Source: Blastocladiella emersonii ATCC 22665 (Eukaryota; Fungi; Blastocladiomycota). Taken from it: DNA of 64,000 bases. This document shows, in pieces, positions 35,901 to 45,306 of the stretch. The first letter of the stretch is position 1. The number at the start of each line of letters is the position of its first letter. Below the pieces are notes generated by a model, which made no database searches, was not told the DNA's origin, and was given only the letters and a program-made list of their open reading frames with translations. The translations under genes were made by a program, and so were the position numbers. Where the stretch lies: assembly GCA_025594325.1 (NCBI GenBank), contig JANHCV010000004.1, positions 2,449,225 through 2,513,224 of the forward strand, in the 5' to 3' direction.

Positions 35901-37484
35901 TCATGTGTAAGTTGGGTTGACAACAAGGCACATGGCTGCGATGCTCCAAAACAACGGGTCCGTGGCAGCCACCCCCGCCATGGCCTGATCAAGTGCGGTA
36001 AGCGTGAGAGCGACGTCGAATCGGGCGAGCTCGTAGAGCTGTGCAAGACTAAAGGCGGGCCCATGCTCCAGCCCCGGCGCGACCGCGATCCGCGAGTACA
36101 CCTGAACGAAGCCGTCCAGCTGCGCCAAGGACCAGCCACGGCCGCTGGCCGCAGAACCCACCGCCTGGGCGGCAGCCATGTGCGCGTTGAGGTCGGACGA
36201 CGGAAATAGTGCCGCGAGCCGGATCATGGCCGCGAGTGGGAGCTGTGGAGGTGATGCACTTGTCGTAGTCGTGCATTCCGCGTCTTGGCGCGCTCTCTTT
36301 GGCGCCTCTACGCCAAGCTCCGTTTCGTCGCTGTTGAGCGGCCGTTTGGAGCGAGGAGGAACGACTACGAGCAAGCTTTTTTCGCCAACTGAGAGGGGAA
36401 GCAAGGTCGATGCTCCGCGGAGATCGCGAGGGGAAGGAGCGAGTGGTGAATTGGCCGCAATCGGCGACGGCATCAAAGCATCTGCGCCCGGTGAATCGCA
36501 AGCAGCTTGCAAGCAGCCTCGTGACGAGAGAGCAGGAACGGCCGGGAAGGAATTATCTGTGGAAGTGGTGGCAGGTGGCAACAAGGAAGCGGTGCCCGTC
36601 TTCGTATTGAGAGGAGGCTCGGGCAGCAAGGAGATTGGAGCGCCCTCGCGGTGCATGGAGCCAGTCGAATTATCGACTACAGGGGCAACTACCGGTGTCG
36701 TAGGCTCGAACGAGAAAGTATCGGAGTGACGCGGTGCCGATGGTGTTTTGGGCGGTGAACTTGGGAGGGAGCTGAGCGAAGAAGTCGGTGATGGGTCATC
36801 GCTAGCGCGGCGTGGTGTTGGTGCCGACTTGGGGGAAGGCCTCGGCGGAAGCGAAGTTGCCAGTCCAGGACGTAGCCGACACAGTTTCAGGGTTCCGGAG
36901 GCTTGCGACACTTTGAGGGCAGCGCTCACAAAGTAGTGTCGCGCTCCGTAAGTGGTATGCTTGATGAGTTCGAGCGAGCCAAAACCACGAGCGCCCGCCA
37001 CGCATTCGGAAAGATATGTTGCGAGGAAACTGCGCGTGAATTCGGAGCGCATTTTCTTGGCCATAGGCGAGCATGGGTCAGAAAATATCTCCGCTTGGGG
37101 CTGGGATTGAGCCAAGGCGTTCGGGTCGCGAAACACGTGGTGCGCGGGCATCCACAAGCCAGCGGAGCACGCTGTGCCGTACACGCTGCCGACGAGCGAG
37201 ACGTCAGGAAAGGTGTGAGGGTCGGGGACGGCCATTTCGGGCAGTGCTCCAACAACACTTGGCTTGGTGAGCACGAAGGCAATATCGAAGCGAAGCGAGC
37301 AGTCCAGCATGTCCTTCCAGCGGCTGATGTCGATGATCGAGTTTTTACGAAAGAACTCGGTCGGATCCTCGCCTGGAGGGACAGCCATGAGCCCCTCAGT
37401 GCCAAGCTGAAGAGCGCCGGGAAAAGTGTTCGGCGGCAAGCACTTGGACGCAGATTTAGGCTGGCCGGGACTCTTGTAACCCAT
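35901..37484 (-). CDS. Unknown two-domain protein, tandem paralog 2 of 3
   Basis: 527-aa ORF; YLSECVAGARGF; RGWS...LAQLYELA...DPLFWSIAAMCLV; PRSKRP...KRAR. Confidence 0.75.
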   Translation of the reverse strand: MGYKSPGQPKSASKCLPPNTFPGALQLGTEGLMAVPPGEDPTEFFRKNSIIDISRWKDMLDCSLRFDIAFVLTKPSVVGALPEMAVPDPHTFPDVSLVGSVYGTACSAGLWMPAHHVFRDPNALAQSQPQAEIFSDPCSPMAKKMRSEFTRSFLATYLSECVAGARGFGSLELIKHTTYGARHYFVSAALKVSQASGTLKLCRLRPGLATSLPPRPSPKSAPTPRRASDDPSPTSSLSSLPSSPPKTPSAPRHSDTFSFEPTTPVVAPVVDNSTGSMHREGAPISLLPEPPLNTKTGTASLLPPATTSTDNSFPAVPALSSRGCLQAACDSPGADALMPSPIAANSPLAPSPRDLRGASTLLPLSVGEKSLLVVVPPRSKRPLNSDETELGVEAPKRARQDAECTTTTSASPPQLPLAAMIRLAALFPSSDLNAHMAAAQAVGSAASGRGWSLAQLDGFVQVYSRIAVAPGLEHGPAFSLAQLYELARFDVALTLTALDQAMAGVAATDPLFWSIAAMCLVVNPTYT

Positions 37485-37750
37485 TGCTGTAAGTGTTCAT
37501 TCGTTTCGCATCGAGCTGAGGGTACTAGAGGGGCACGTTGGGAGGACACATGGCGCTCTGGCGGTGCCGGCGCACAGGCGACGGATTGCGTCGCGTCATG
37601 TGATGGAGGCGTGCCGATGTCGATCGCGTCGCACGACGTGTTTCATGGGACGTTGCGAGACTGCGCCAAAACCTCGAAGCAAGCAGGCTCAGCTATGTAT
37701 TGTCAATTCAGTTACACCCTTCGATTCTTAAAATTAATGACCCAGACCGG

Positions 37751-39526
37751 TCAAGAGGAGGCGGCGGGCAACATCGCAACATACATGGCCACGACGTTCC
37801 AGAAGTTGGCGTCCTGCATCGGGAGATGGCCGAGAACCTCGTCCACCGCCGCCTGGCAGCGCTCGACGCTGGACCCGGACAGGCGGTACACGTCGGCAAG
37901 CTCCGCTGCCATCGCTTGGTCGAGCGGGGTGCGCTGGTCGATGGCCGCATACAGCTGTATGAAGTCCTTGAGCTTCGGCAGCTCCCACCCGCGACCATGG
38001 ACGGCAGCGGCAATGTTCTTTGCGGCAAGCAACTGCATCTGGCGGTGGGAGGCGGCGTACGCGGCTGCAATGCAGGGAAGCGCTGCGAAGGGGAGTGGGA
38101 GGCGTGCCGTGGCTGGGTCCGAGTTTGAAGCAGTGGAAGCAGCGTTGACCATGGGTGGAGGGATCACCGCAGGCGGAGAAGCCACCATCGACAGAGCGGC
38201 CACCGCTGGCTCGACCTTTATCTTGCTGAGCGGCTTGTCAGGAAGCAAAGCAGTCGAGGCACGAGCGTTTGTTGCTGACGCATCGCATGCGTCGGCGGGA
38301 GCGGCGTGGCTGGCAGGAGCACCGGGTCGGGGCACAGTAGGATTGGCGGAAAGCGCGCTCGTTGAAGTAGCTGACGAGTGAGCAGCGGAGGCGGTATCGC
38401 GCGGCGCTGAGGCAGGAGTACGAGGCGGCCCGTCTTCATCGTCGACCACAACGGTTTCCACCTTGCGACGCTTGTTTGGCGGGTCGGTACGCTTCTGCGG
38501 CGAAAGGCGCGGCGGGTCGTTCCACTCGACGAGGGTAATCTTTGGTTTCTTGGAAGACGCCGTGGAAATCGTTGGTGGTGGGCCGACTACGCCTGAGAGC
38601 TCGTCAGTACGTATACGAGCCGTTCCGCTAACTGTTGAATGCGTACCCATAGGACTCCGGTCTTGGGCAGGAGCTTTCGCTGATGACGCTGGCGGAGCGA
38701 GCGAAGTCGACGGCATGGTATGGGATGAAGCGGTCGAGGAACCCGGTCGGTGAAGCGTCGAATGAGCCGAGATGATTGGTTCCTGGGGCTGCGGCTGCGG
38801 CTGCTGAGGTGGCGGTAGTGGAGAAGCGCTCGGACGGGGAGGTGCGAGATCGAGATCGAACGGCTTGAACTCGACGTGGAAGGCATTGCCGAGTTCGTTG
38901 CGAGTGATAATGAGACCAGCAGGAGCAAAGTAGCGACCCACGCCAAAAGCCGAGTGATGGACGGGAGCGTCGACGCTGAAACCCCGGGCCCCGAGACAGC
39001 AGCAGCGAAGGTACCACCCAACGAAGGCATCGAGGATCTGGGTGAGACTGCGGCCGCTCGAGGCGGCACTTGCACGCAGATTGGAGCAAAGGATAGACTT
39101 GTCGTTCTGCTGGACGTCGGTGAACTCGCGAGGACGGTCGAGGAGCGAGTCGTGTGGCGAGTTGACAACGGCAGAGCAAACGATTGATCCCAGCGAAAGA
39201 AGCGAGTCAAATGTAGCGGCAGATTTACCTTCGAGTCGCCTCAGGCCGTCCGAGACGAGAGCGAGCATCTCCATGCGCAGCGCGCGCGACTCGAAAGGTG
39301 TGACGCTGTTGGACACGACGCGGATGTCGTGGCGGTTCAAGTATGTGGCCTCCTGGCCCACCGGTACAGCAAGAAGTGCCTGGTCCTTGACGACAACAGC
39401 CTCGGGGAACGCCGAAGCCGAGGTGAGCACGCGGCGACGTGGCCGCGCGGTAGCAAGGGCCGCCTCGCGCAGTTTCTGCAACGGCTGCGATGACACTGGG
39501 TTGCTCGATAACATGGAAAGTTGCAT
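37751..39526 (-). CDS. Unknown two-domain protein, tandem paralog 3 of 3
   Basis: 591-aa ORF; WYLRCCCLGARGF; RGWE...LADVYRLS...DANFWNVVAM; NKRRKV. Confidence 0.75.
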   Translation of the reverse strand: MQLSMLSSNPVSSQPLQKLREAALATARPRRRVLTSASAFPEAVVVKDQALLAVPVGQEATYLNRHDIRVVSNSVTPFESRALRMEMLALVSDGLRRLEGKSAATFDSLLSLGSIVCSAVVNSPHDSLLDRPREFTDVQQNDKSILCSNLRASAASSGRSLTQILDAFVGWYLRCCCLGARGFSVDAPVHHSAFGVGRYFAPAGLIITRNELGNAFHVEFKPFDLDLAPPRPSASPLPPPQQPQPQPQEPIISAHSTLHRPGSSTASSHTMPSTSLAPPASSAKAPAQDRSPMGTHSTVSGTARIRTDELSGVVGPPPTISTASSKKPKITLVEWNDPPRLSPQKRTDPPNKRRKVETVVVDDEDGPPRTPASAPRDTASAAHSSATSTSALSANPTVPRPGAPASHAAPADACDASATNARASTALLPDKPLSKIKVEPAVAALSMVASPPAVIPPPMVNAASTASNSDPATARLPLPFAALPCIAAAYAASHRQMQLLAAKNIAAAVHGRGWELPKLKDFIQLYAAIDQRTPLDQAMAAELADVYRLSGSSVERCQAAVDEVLGHLPMQDANFWNVVAMYVAMLPAASS

Positions 39527-39799
39527 GTAGTGCAGTTTCGAGGGCTAAAGCCCTCTATTTTGCCTAGCCGACGCGCGCCCTTGGGATCTGACGTGTCTCC
39601 CTGGCCCACGTGCGTCACGCACGTGTTTCACGCGTTTCACGGGATATAACCAACGCGTACGAGTCTCTCACCACCAAGCTCTCTCGCCTGCAGTCAATCG
39701 TGATAGTAACAAAAAAAAATCAAATATTGTGAATGAGAGGACAGCAACAACAAAAGAGGGAAACGGAGGAAGTGGAGAGAGGAACACGACGTCGTTCAG

Positions 39800-41060
39800 T
39801 TAACTGCGGCCGGCGCGGCGGCGGCGGCGCTTGGGGACCGCCTCAAACTCGTCCTCGTCGTCGTCACCGCCCTCCTCGGTGGCCATGGCGGCCGTGCGCT
39901 TGGGCGCGTCAGCGGGAACGGCCGTGGCCGACGCGACCTCGCGATCCGTCGTGCCTGCCTCCTTGATGATGGGCGCCGCGAGCGTGACTGTCGCACTTGA
40001 AGTCGACGACGACGACGACGCGGCCGACGAGCCGACCGGCGGCCCGGCGGGCTGTACGGCGGTCAAGAGCGTCGAGGTCGACGACGACGAGGCGACGGTC
40101 GCGTCGACCCGCGAAACGGCGGGCTGCACGGCGGTCGAGGATGACGACGACGCGTTGGTCATCTGCGGTGCGGCGGTCTGCACGGCCGTCGTTGAGGAGG
40201 ACGACGAGGCGACGCCGTCGTTGAGCTCGCGCAGGATCCCCGCCATGCGCGTCGTGAACTCGGGGTCCGAGTCGCCCTCCTCGTCGGACACATCAAACAC
40301 GAGCCGCGGCTGGCGCACGGGCGAGGACAACGTCAGCCCCGACAGCTGCGTGGCCGGGGTCGGCGGGATGCACTCCTGCGGGCGGGCGCCGTACGGATTG
40401 CTGCGGCCCGTGGGACCGCCGTGATAGTGCGCCGGCGGCGGCAGAGCGGGCGCCGACGAAGAGCCCGCGGGACCACCGTGATGGTGATGGTGGGCGAGGC
40501 CGTCGACGGCTGCTGCGGCGGGACGGCGGGCGTCGACGACGAGGCGGGCGCCGACGACGAGGAAGAGGGGGTGGAGGGCGGGTTGAAGTACGAGGCCGGC
40601 GGGGGCATGGCGGGCGCCGTGGGCGCCGAAGGCGGCGGCGCCGGCGTGGTGATCTTCTGCTGCAGCTGCTGCTGCACCTGCGCAATGAAGTCGAACGGGA
40701 TGCCGAGCGCCGCCATGTCCACGGTGACAACGAGGTGGTAGGGCAAGGGCATGGTGACGAGCACGTTGTTGTTGTATACCTCGGAAATGAGCTCGATGGT
40801 CATCGCGTCCATCTCGTACACGTGCACCTGCACACCCTGCATGCAGACGAACACGGGGCGCAGGTAGAGGTTGCCGGTCACGCTGAGAGTGAAGCCCTTG
40901 GCAGCATTCCGGCGCCGCGTGAGGCGGTCGAACAGATGCCACCCGGGCGTGCCGACCGCGGGCGACTTGACGAGCATCATCGAGGTGCGCGCGAGGATCG
41001 GGTCGGGGACAGGGGGGCCCGGCGCGGCGCGCGGCGGCTCGACGTACTGGATCGCGGCGC
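39800..41060 (-). pseudogene. 5'-truncated, frameshifted cargo ORF inside the Helitron-like element
   Basis: Host-like codon bias from ~41060 (IQYVEPPRAAPG...MLVKSPAVGTPGWHLFDRL...) to ~40490, continuing in another frame (HHHHGGPAG...KRRRRRAGRS*, ends 39800). Globular N-part, low-complexity C-part. Confidence 0.6.
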
Positions 41061-41065
41061 ACACC

Positions 41066-42583
41066 ATGTCGCCGTATGGCGGCTGCACCGTCATGCTCGC
41101 CGGCGACCATTTGCAGCTTCCACCAGTGAACGGCACGGCGCTGTTCCAGCTACCCGAGGTGCTCGACGATGCGCCAGACTCGTTCTTTGAGCGGCTGCTC
41201 GCGTACGACACCACGGGCTCGAAAAAAAAGCACTCAGGACAGCTCGCGTACTGGCGCGCGCGACGTGTCGTTCGACTCGTGCCCAGCAACCGGTTCGTCA
41301 ACGGCCCATCATGGGGCAGGTGTCTCGACGCGTTCCGGCTCGACAAGGCCCCTGACGAGCTGCGCCGCCTGCCCGACTCGCGCACGACCGCTCGCCTGCG
41401 CCAGCTGAGCGACGACCAGGGCAACTACGCGCTCAAGAAGATCCTCCAGACGCGCGGGCTCACGGTCATTGCGCCCAACAACTACACGCGTCACACCTTC
41501 AACCTGCTGTACACGCGGCTCGCCGCTGCGGACCCAGAACGCGTCGTGTTTCAGATCAAGGCCAGCATCACGCGCAAGAAGGAGCGAAACGGCGCAACCG
41601 TCCGCCTCCCGATTGGCGAAAGGGACCTGTTCCGTCTCGCCGAGGAGCCCGACTCGATCACTCGTTTGCCAACCATCCTCGAGGTCTTTGTCGGCATGGA
41701 AGTGCGCGTCAAGGTCAACCAGTGCGTCGAGAAGGGGTGCGCGAATGGCGCTATTGGCATCGTGCACCACATTGACTGGTTTCCGGGCACGACGTTTACC
41801 GAGACCGGCTCGCGCATGTACCGCCCATCGCGGGAGCCACATACTGTGTGGATCTACCTGCCCGACGCGCCGCCTGGCCCTCGGTTTCCTGGCATGCCGG
41901 CCGATTGGCCAGACACGGTCATCCCGCTCGCCATGCACTCGGACGACCTTCTCTACAAGGAGGGCGGTATGACGTCGCGCGAGCGAACCGAACCCAAGAA
42001 ACCCGAGTCCAGCGCACTGTGTGCCAAGATGGTCAATAAGTTTAAGACTCACGAGCAGTACAAGGATCACGAAAAGATCAAGATCAAGCAGTTCTCAATC
42101 GTGCCCGCCTTTGCGATGACGGTGCACGGGGTCCAAGGCGTGACCAAGAACGCCATCATCTTGACGGATCCGTGCCCAGCCGGCTCGTCTGGATCGATCA
42201 ACGGGTCGTCGCTGTACGTTGCGCTCTCGCGGCTCCGCGAGAGCGCGTGTCTGTGGGTTCTCCATCCGATCCCGGACAGCGTGTACGACGCCATGGTCCC
42301 TGATCCGCGGGCCGTGGCCGAAGACTTGCGGCTCCAGGCGCTAGACGTGTTGACTGAGGGCGCGTTCGCTCACGGACAAACCGTTTCGCACAACCACCCC
42401 CGAGTCGCGGAGCTCTTTTGCCACGCGATGCAAGAGCACCGCCAGATCAAGAGCGACAAGGAGGCGAAGCAGAAGGCGCGCGACCAAGAGTACTCAAGGC
42501 GGTATCGCGAGAGTAAGCGCGAGCAGAAGCGCGCTCCAGAATTGCATGAGCAGCGGCGGAGCAAGAGGCTTCGCGAGCTTTAG
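41066..42583 (+). pseudogene. PIF1-family (SF1B) helicase, C-terminal two-thirds; lacks Walker A/B
   Basis: PYGGCTVMLAGDHLQLPPV (motif III), LEVFVGMEVRVKVN...GCANGAIGIV, FAMTVHGVQGVT (motif V), LYVALSRLR (motif VI). No GxxGxGK(S/T) or DE motif upstream. Confidence 0.85.
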
Positions 42584-42918
42584 TGTGTTAAAAAGTATAC
42601 TTAGCTGCTCTTAATTATTTTGGTGTGTGATGGGAACAAAGATGCGACCCCATAATGACGCGCGACTGTCAGCGGTACAAAACCTCCCGCGTGTGCCGTG
42701 CTCCAACGTGGCGGAGGGCTTTAGCCCTCGATTGAAGACCAGACGCGAAGCGTCTAGGTGGTTCAAGTAAAATTGGATTGTGGAAAGTGGAGAGAGAGGA
42801 GAGCGGAGAGCACTCGAACGGCAACCGACGCGTAGAACGTGTGAAAAGGACATCACGTTGCCGAGCGCGAAACGCACACGGCTCCCCCCGTCCCCCACGC
42901 ACTCGCTCACCCACTGCA

Positions 42919-45306
42919 ATGACATACTACGACGACGATCGAGACGTGCGAGAAGTCATAGAGGAGGTTCTTCGCACCCACAAGTTCCCAGACTGCCACT
43001 GCGATCCCGGCGGCGAGGGCTGCGAGCGGTGCTGGTCGATCCGCCAGGAGTACATCAAGTTGCAGCAGCAGCAGCAGACGCTACCACCTCGTCGCGCTCC
43101 CGTGCTCATGCCCGCCGACCAGGCCCCCAAGCTCGGGACCTTCTAACAGCCGCTGTACTCGTGGGCCAACCCGTCAGCCAAGGCGCTCGCCCGAGCGTCC
43201 GAGCCCGACCCCGGCCTTGCACCGCTGATCAGGGGCGGCGACCAGTGCACCCTCTTCGCGATGCGGGTGGCCGGGTGGATCTGCGGCAACTGCCCGGCCG
43301 CCCGAGCCGAGTTCGACAGCGCCGCGGGGTGCCCGCGCGTGTGGGTGTGCGACGAGTTTGCCGTGTACATTGTCCCCTCAAACGCGTTCCAATCGCCGCT
43401 CCCGCTCGACTCGGTCCGTGTGACCACCACGCAGCGGTACGAGCAGCCCGCCAATTCGACGGCGTCGCTGCCGTCCGAGACCGCGTCGGAGGCTGCCCCG
43501 CCGCGCATCGACTCCATTGACCTCATGGCCGACGGCCTCGTCTCTTGTGACCCCAAGCTCGACGCGGTCGTCACGCAGCCGTCGGCGGGCGACGTCGAGC
43601 CCATGCAGTGCGACACGGGCGACCCCGCTCGCCAGCGCAAACGGCCTCGGAGTCGCAGTCTCTCGCCCGCCGCCGTTGCCGCGGGCCCGCCGCTCGTCGC
43701 GAAGCGGTCCCGCACCGACCTCCCGCTCGCCGCCAACTCGCTCCTCAGCCCGCGCGCCGCCCTCGCCCTCACCGGCGCCAACTCGCTGCCCACGCCGCCA
43801 TCGGGGCCCGGGCTTACCGCACCCGCGCCGCTGCCGCCCGTCGCACCCGCACCGCTGCCGATGCAACCACCTGCCGCGCCCATCTTCAACCCGCCGTCGA
43901 GGCCGCCAAGGCCGAGGCCCAGGCCGCCCTGCCTGACGCCCGCGCGGCGCTCGCCGAGGGGGCCAAGGCGGCTGCTGACGCCAAGGCCAAGCGCATCAAG
44001 GCGCGGGCGACGCTCATGGTCGACAAGCGCCGGTGGGACCGGTACCTGTGGTTCTCGTACCAGGTCTTCCAGCCCAAGTACGTGTACGGCGTGTCGGCCG
44101 ACGGTAAGCTGTTCAACTCGTTCTCGGGCACCGTGGAGACCAACGGCTACGAGATCCGCATGATCGACTACAAGGGCGGCATGCGGCTCGAGGGCCTCAA
44201 GCTCGCGCTCGGTCTTCCGCAAGGTGGTCAGCGCGTGTCGACGGCCGGCGTCGCGCACGACCCGCTCGACGAGGTCATGTCCGGGACCGAGCGGATTGAG
44301 CCCTCGCCCAGCGCGCGCGCGCCCATGGCCATCCACCGCGGCCTCATTGCGCTTCGGCCAGGTCAAGCGCTCGTCGGCATGGACCCCGGTGTCCAGCGGC
44401 AGTACGTGGCCGTGCACTTCACCACGTTCGACATCGTGCTCATCAAGCAGCTCAAGGAGTCGCTCGCGTCGGCCACGACGCCCGCCGAGCGCGAGGCCAT
44501 CGCCGCCGAGCTGCACGAGGTCGTCTTCAAGCTCGTGCGCGACCGCGACCGGTACCAGGCGTGCTCGCGCAAGCACTACAACCACGAGGTCGGCAACAAC
44601 CTGCGCGTGCATCTCGTGCGCCTGTGGCGCAAGAAGTACGGCCTGCCCGAGATCGACCTCAAGCTCTCGCGCCTCGCCGGCTCGCTGTTCCAGTACACGC
44701 TCGCCGCCACGCAGGCGCTGCCAAAGTACCTCGCCTACGCCTTTGACCGCCGACTCGCCCGCCTCAAGTTCTTCCTCGACGGCAAGGAGCGTCAGTGGTG
44801 GACCGACATGGGCAACGGCCTCAAGTCGTGCGACGCGGGCGGCGCTGCAGCTGGGGCCGTGCTGCTCATCGGCCGCAACTTTGGGAACTTTAGCATGATC
44901 TCGTCTCCGTCGCGCGCGCCCGTCGTCAGGGGGGCTAAGCCCCCCTGCCGTCGTCAAGATGGCGCGGAAGATGCGCGGCCAGCACGTGGACACGCACCTG
45001 GTGAACGAGAACTTCTCGTCGCAGCGCTGCGCTCCGTGCACCGCCGCCTTCCCCGAGCTCGCCAAGGACAAGTCGCGCAACATGGCCAAGCCCAAGGACG
45101 GCCGGCACGCGACGCTGCGCTGCCCGCAGTGCCGCGACCAGCGCAACCGCGACGTCAACGCGGCGCTCAACATTGTGCTGTTCAACATTGACATTGACAA
45201 GATTGTGTTCGTCGACGGCAACCCGCTCGACGACCAGGTCTTCGCCCCCCTCGTGCTCGCCGAGCGCGCGCGTCACCGCGCGACCCCCGCGACCACCACC
45301 GCCTAG
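42919..45306 (+). pseudogene. Fanzor1 (TnpB-derived RuvC RNA-guided endonuclease), disrupted by a stop (43144-43146), a 1-nt frameshift (~43892) and a 28-bp insertion (44920-44956)
   Basis: FSGTVETNGYEIRM (F..xI.TDG-like), RuvC-I LVGMDPG (D at 44382), IGRNFGNF...SRAPVV, RuvC-II LVNENFSSQRCAPC (E at 45007), CPQC, RuvC-III NRDVNAALNI (D at 45151). Removing the three lesions gives one ~786-aa frame. Confidence 0.88.
44920..44956. repeat. 19-bp palindromic insert flanked by 9-bp direct repeats
   Basis: CCGTCGTCA-GGGGGGCTAAGCCCCCCTG-CCGTCGTCA; perfect stem CAGGGGGGC/GCCCCCCTG with a TAA loop. Confidence 0.9.

Larger units (their letters stand above)
39536..42763 (+). mobile_element. Helitron2/Helentron-like rolling-circle element, internally deleted
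   Basis: Perfect 18-bp inverted repeat TCGAGGGCTAAAGCCCTC (39538-39555) / GAGGGCTTTAGCCCTCGA (42714-42731), each copy itself a hairpin. The left copy is preceded by a T run. The right copy is followed by the stem-loop AGACGC-GAA-GCGTCT (42741-42755) and then GGTGG-TT. A PIF1 helicase fragment points toward the stem-loop end. Confidence 0.7.

Noticed and set aside
39540-39567. Canonical Helitron 3' end (hairpin, 8 nt, then CTAG) that would place the three paralogs inside a Helitron
   Set aside because: CTAG is followed by C rather than the T of an A|T target, no matching 5' TC end was identified, and the hairpin is better explained as one half of the 18-bp inverted pair. Not fully excluded.
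39531-42738. MULE or other cut-and-paste TIR transposon interpretation of the 18-bp inverted repeats
   Set aside because: No 8-9-bp TSD (TGCAGTTTC vs GATTGAAGA) and no DDE transposase. A 4-bp TCGA duplication is formally possible but is part of the palindrome itself.
43138-43149. TTCTAACAG as branch point plus 3' splice site that would remove the Fanzor stop
   Set aside because: Other introns here have the branch site well upstream of the AG, and no matching GTRYG donor lies 60-75 bp upstream. A simple nonsense change is more parsimonious.
42919-45306. Bacterial IS200/IS605 or IS607 TnpB contamination, or a CRISPR-Cas12 locus
   Set aside because: Flanked by intron-containing fungal genes, host-like codon usage, no TnpA/serine recombinase, no repeat-spacer array; motifs fit Fanzor1.
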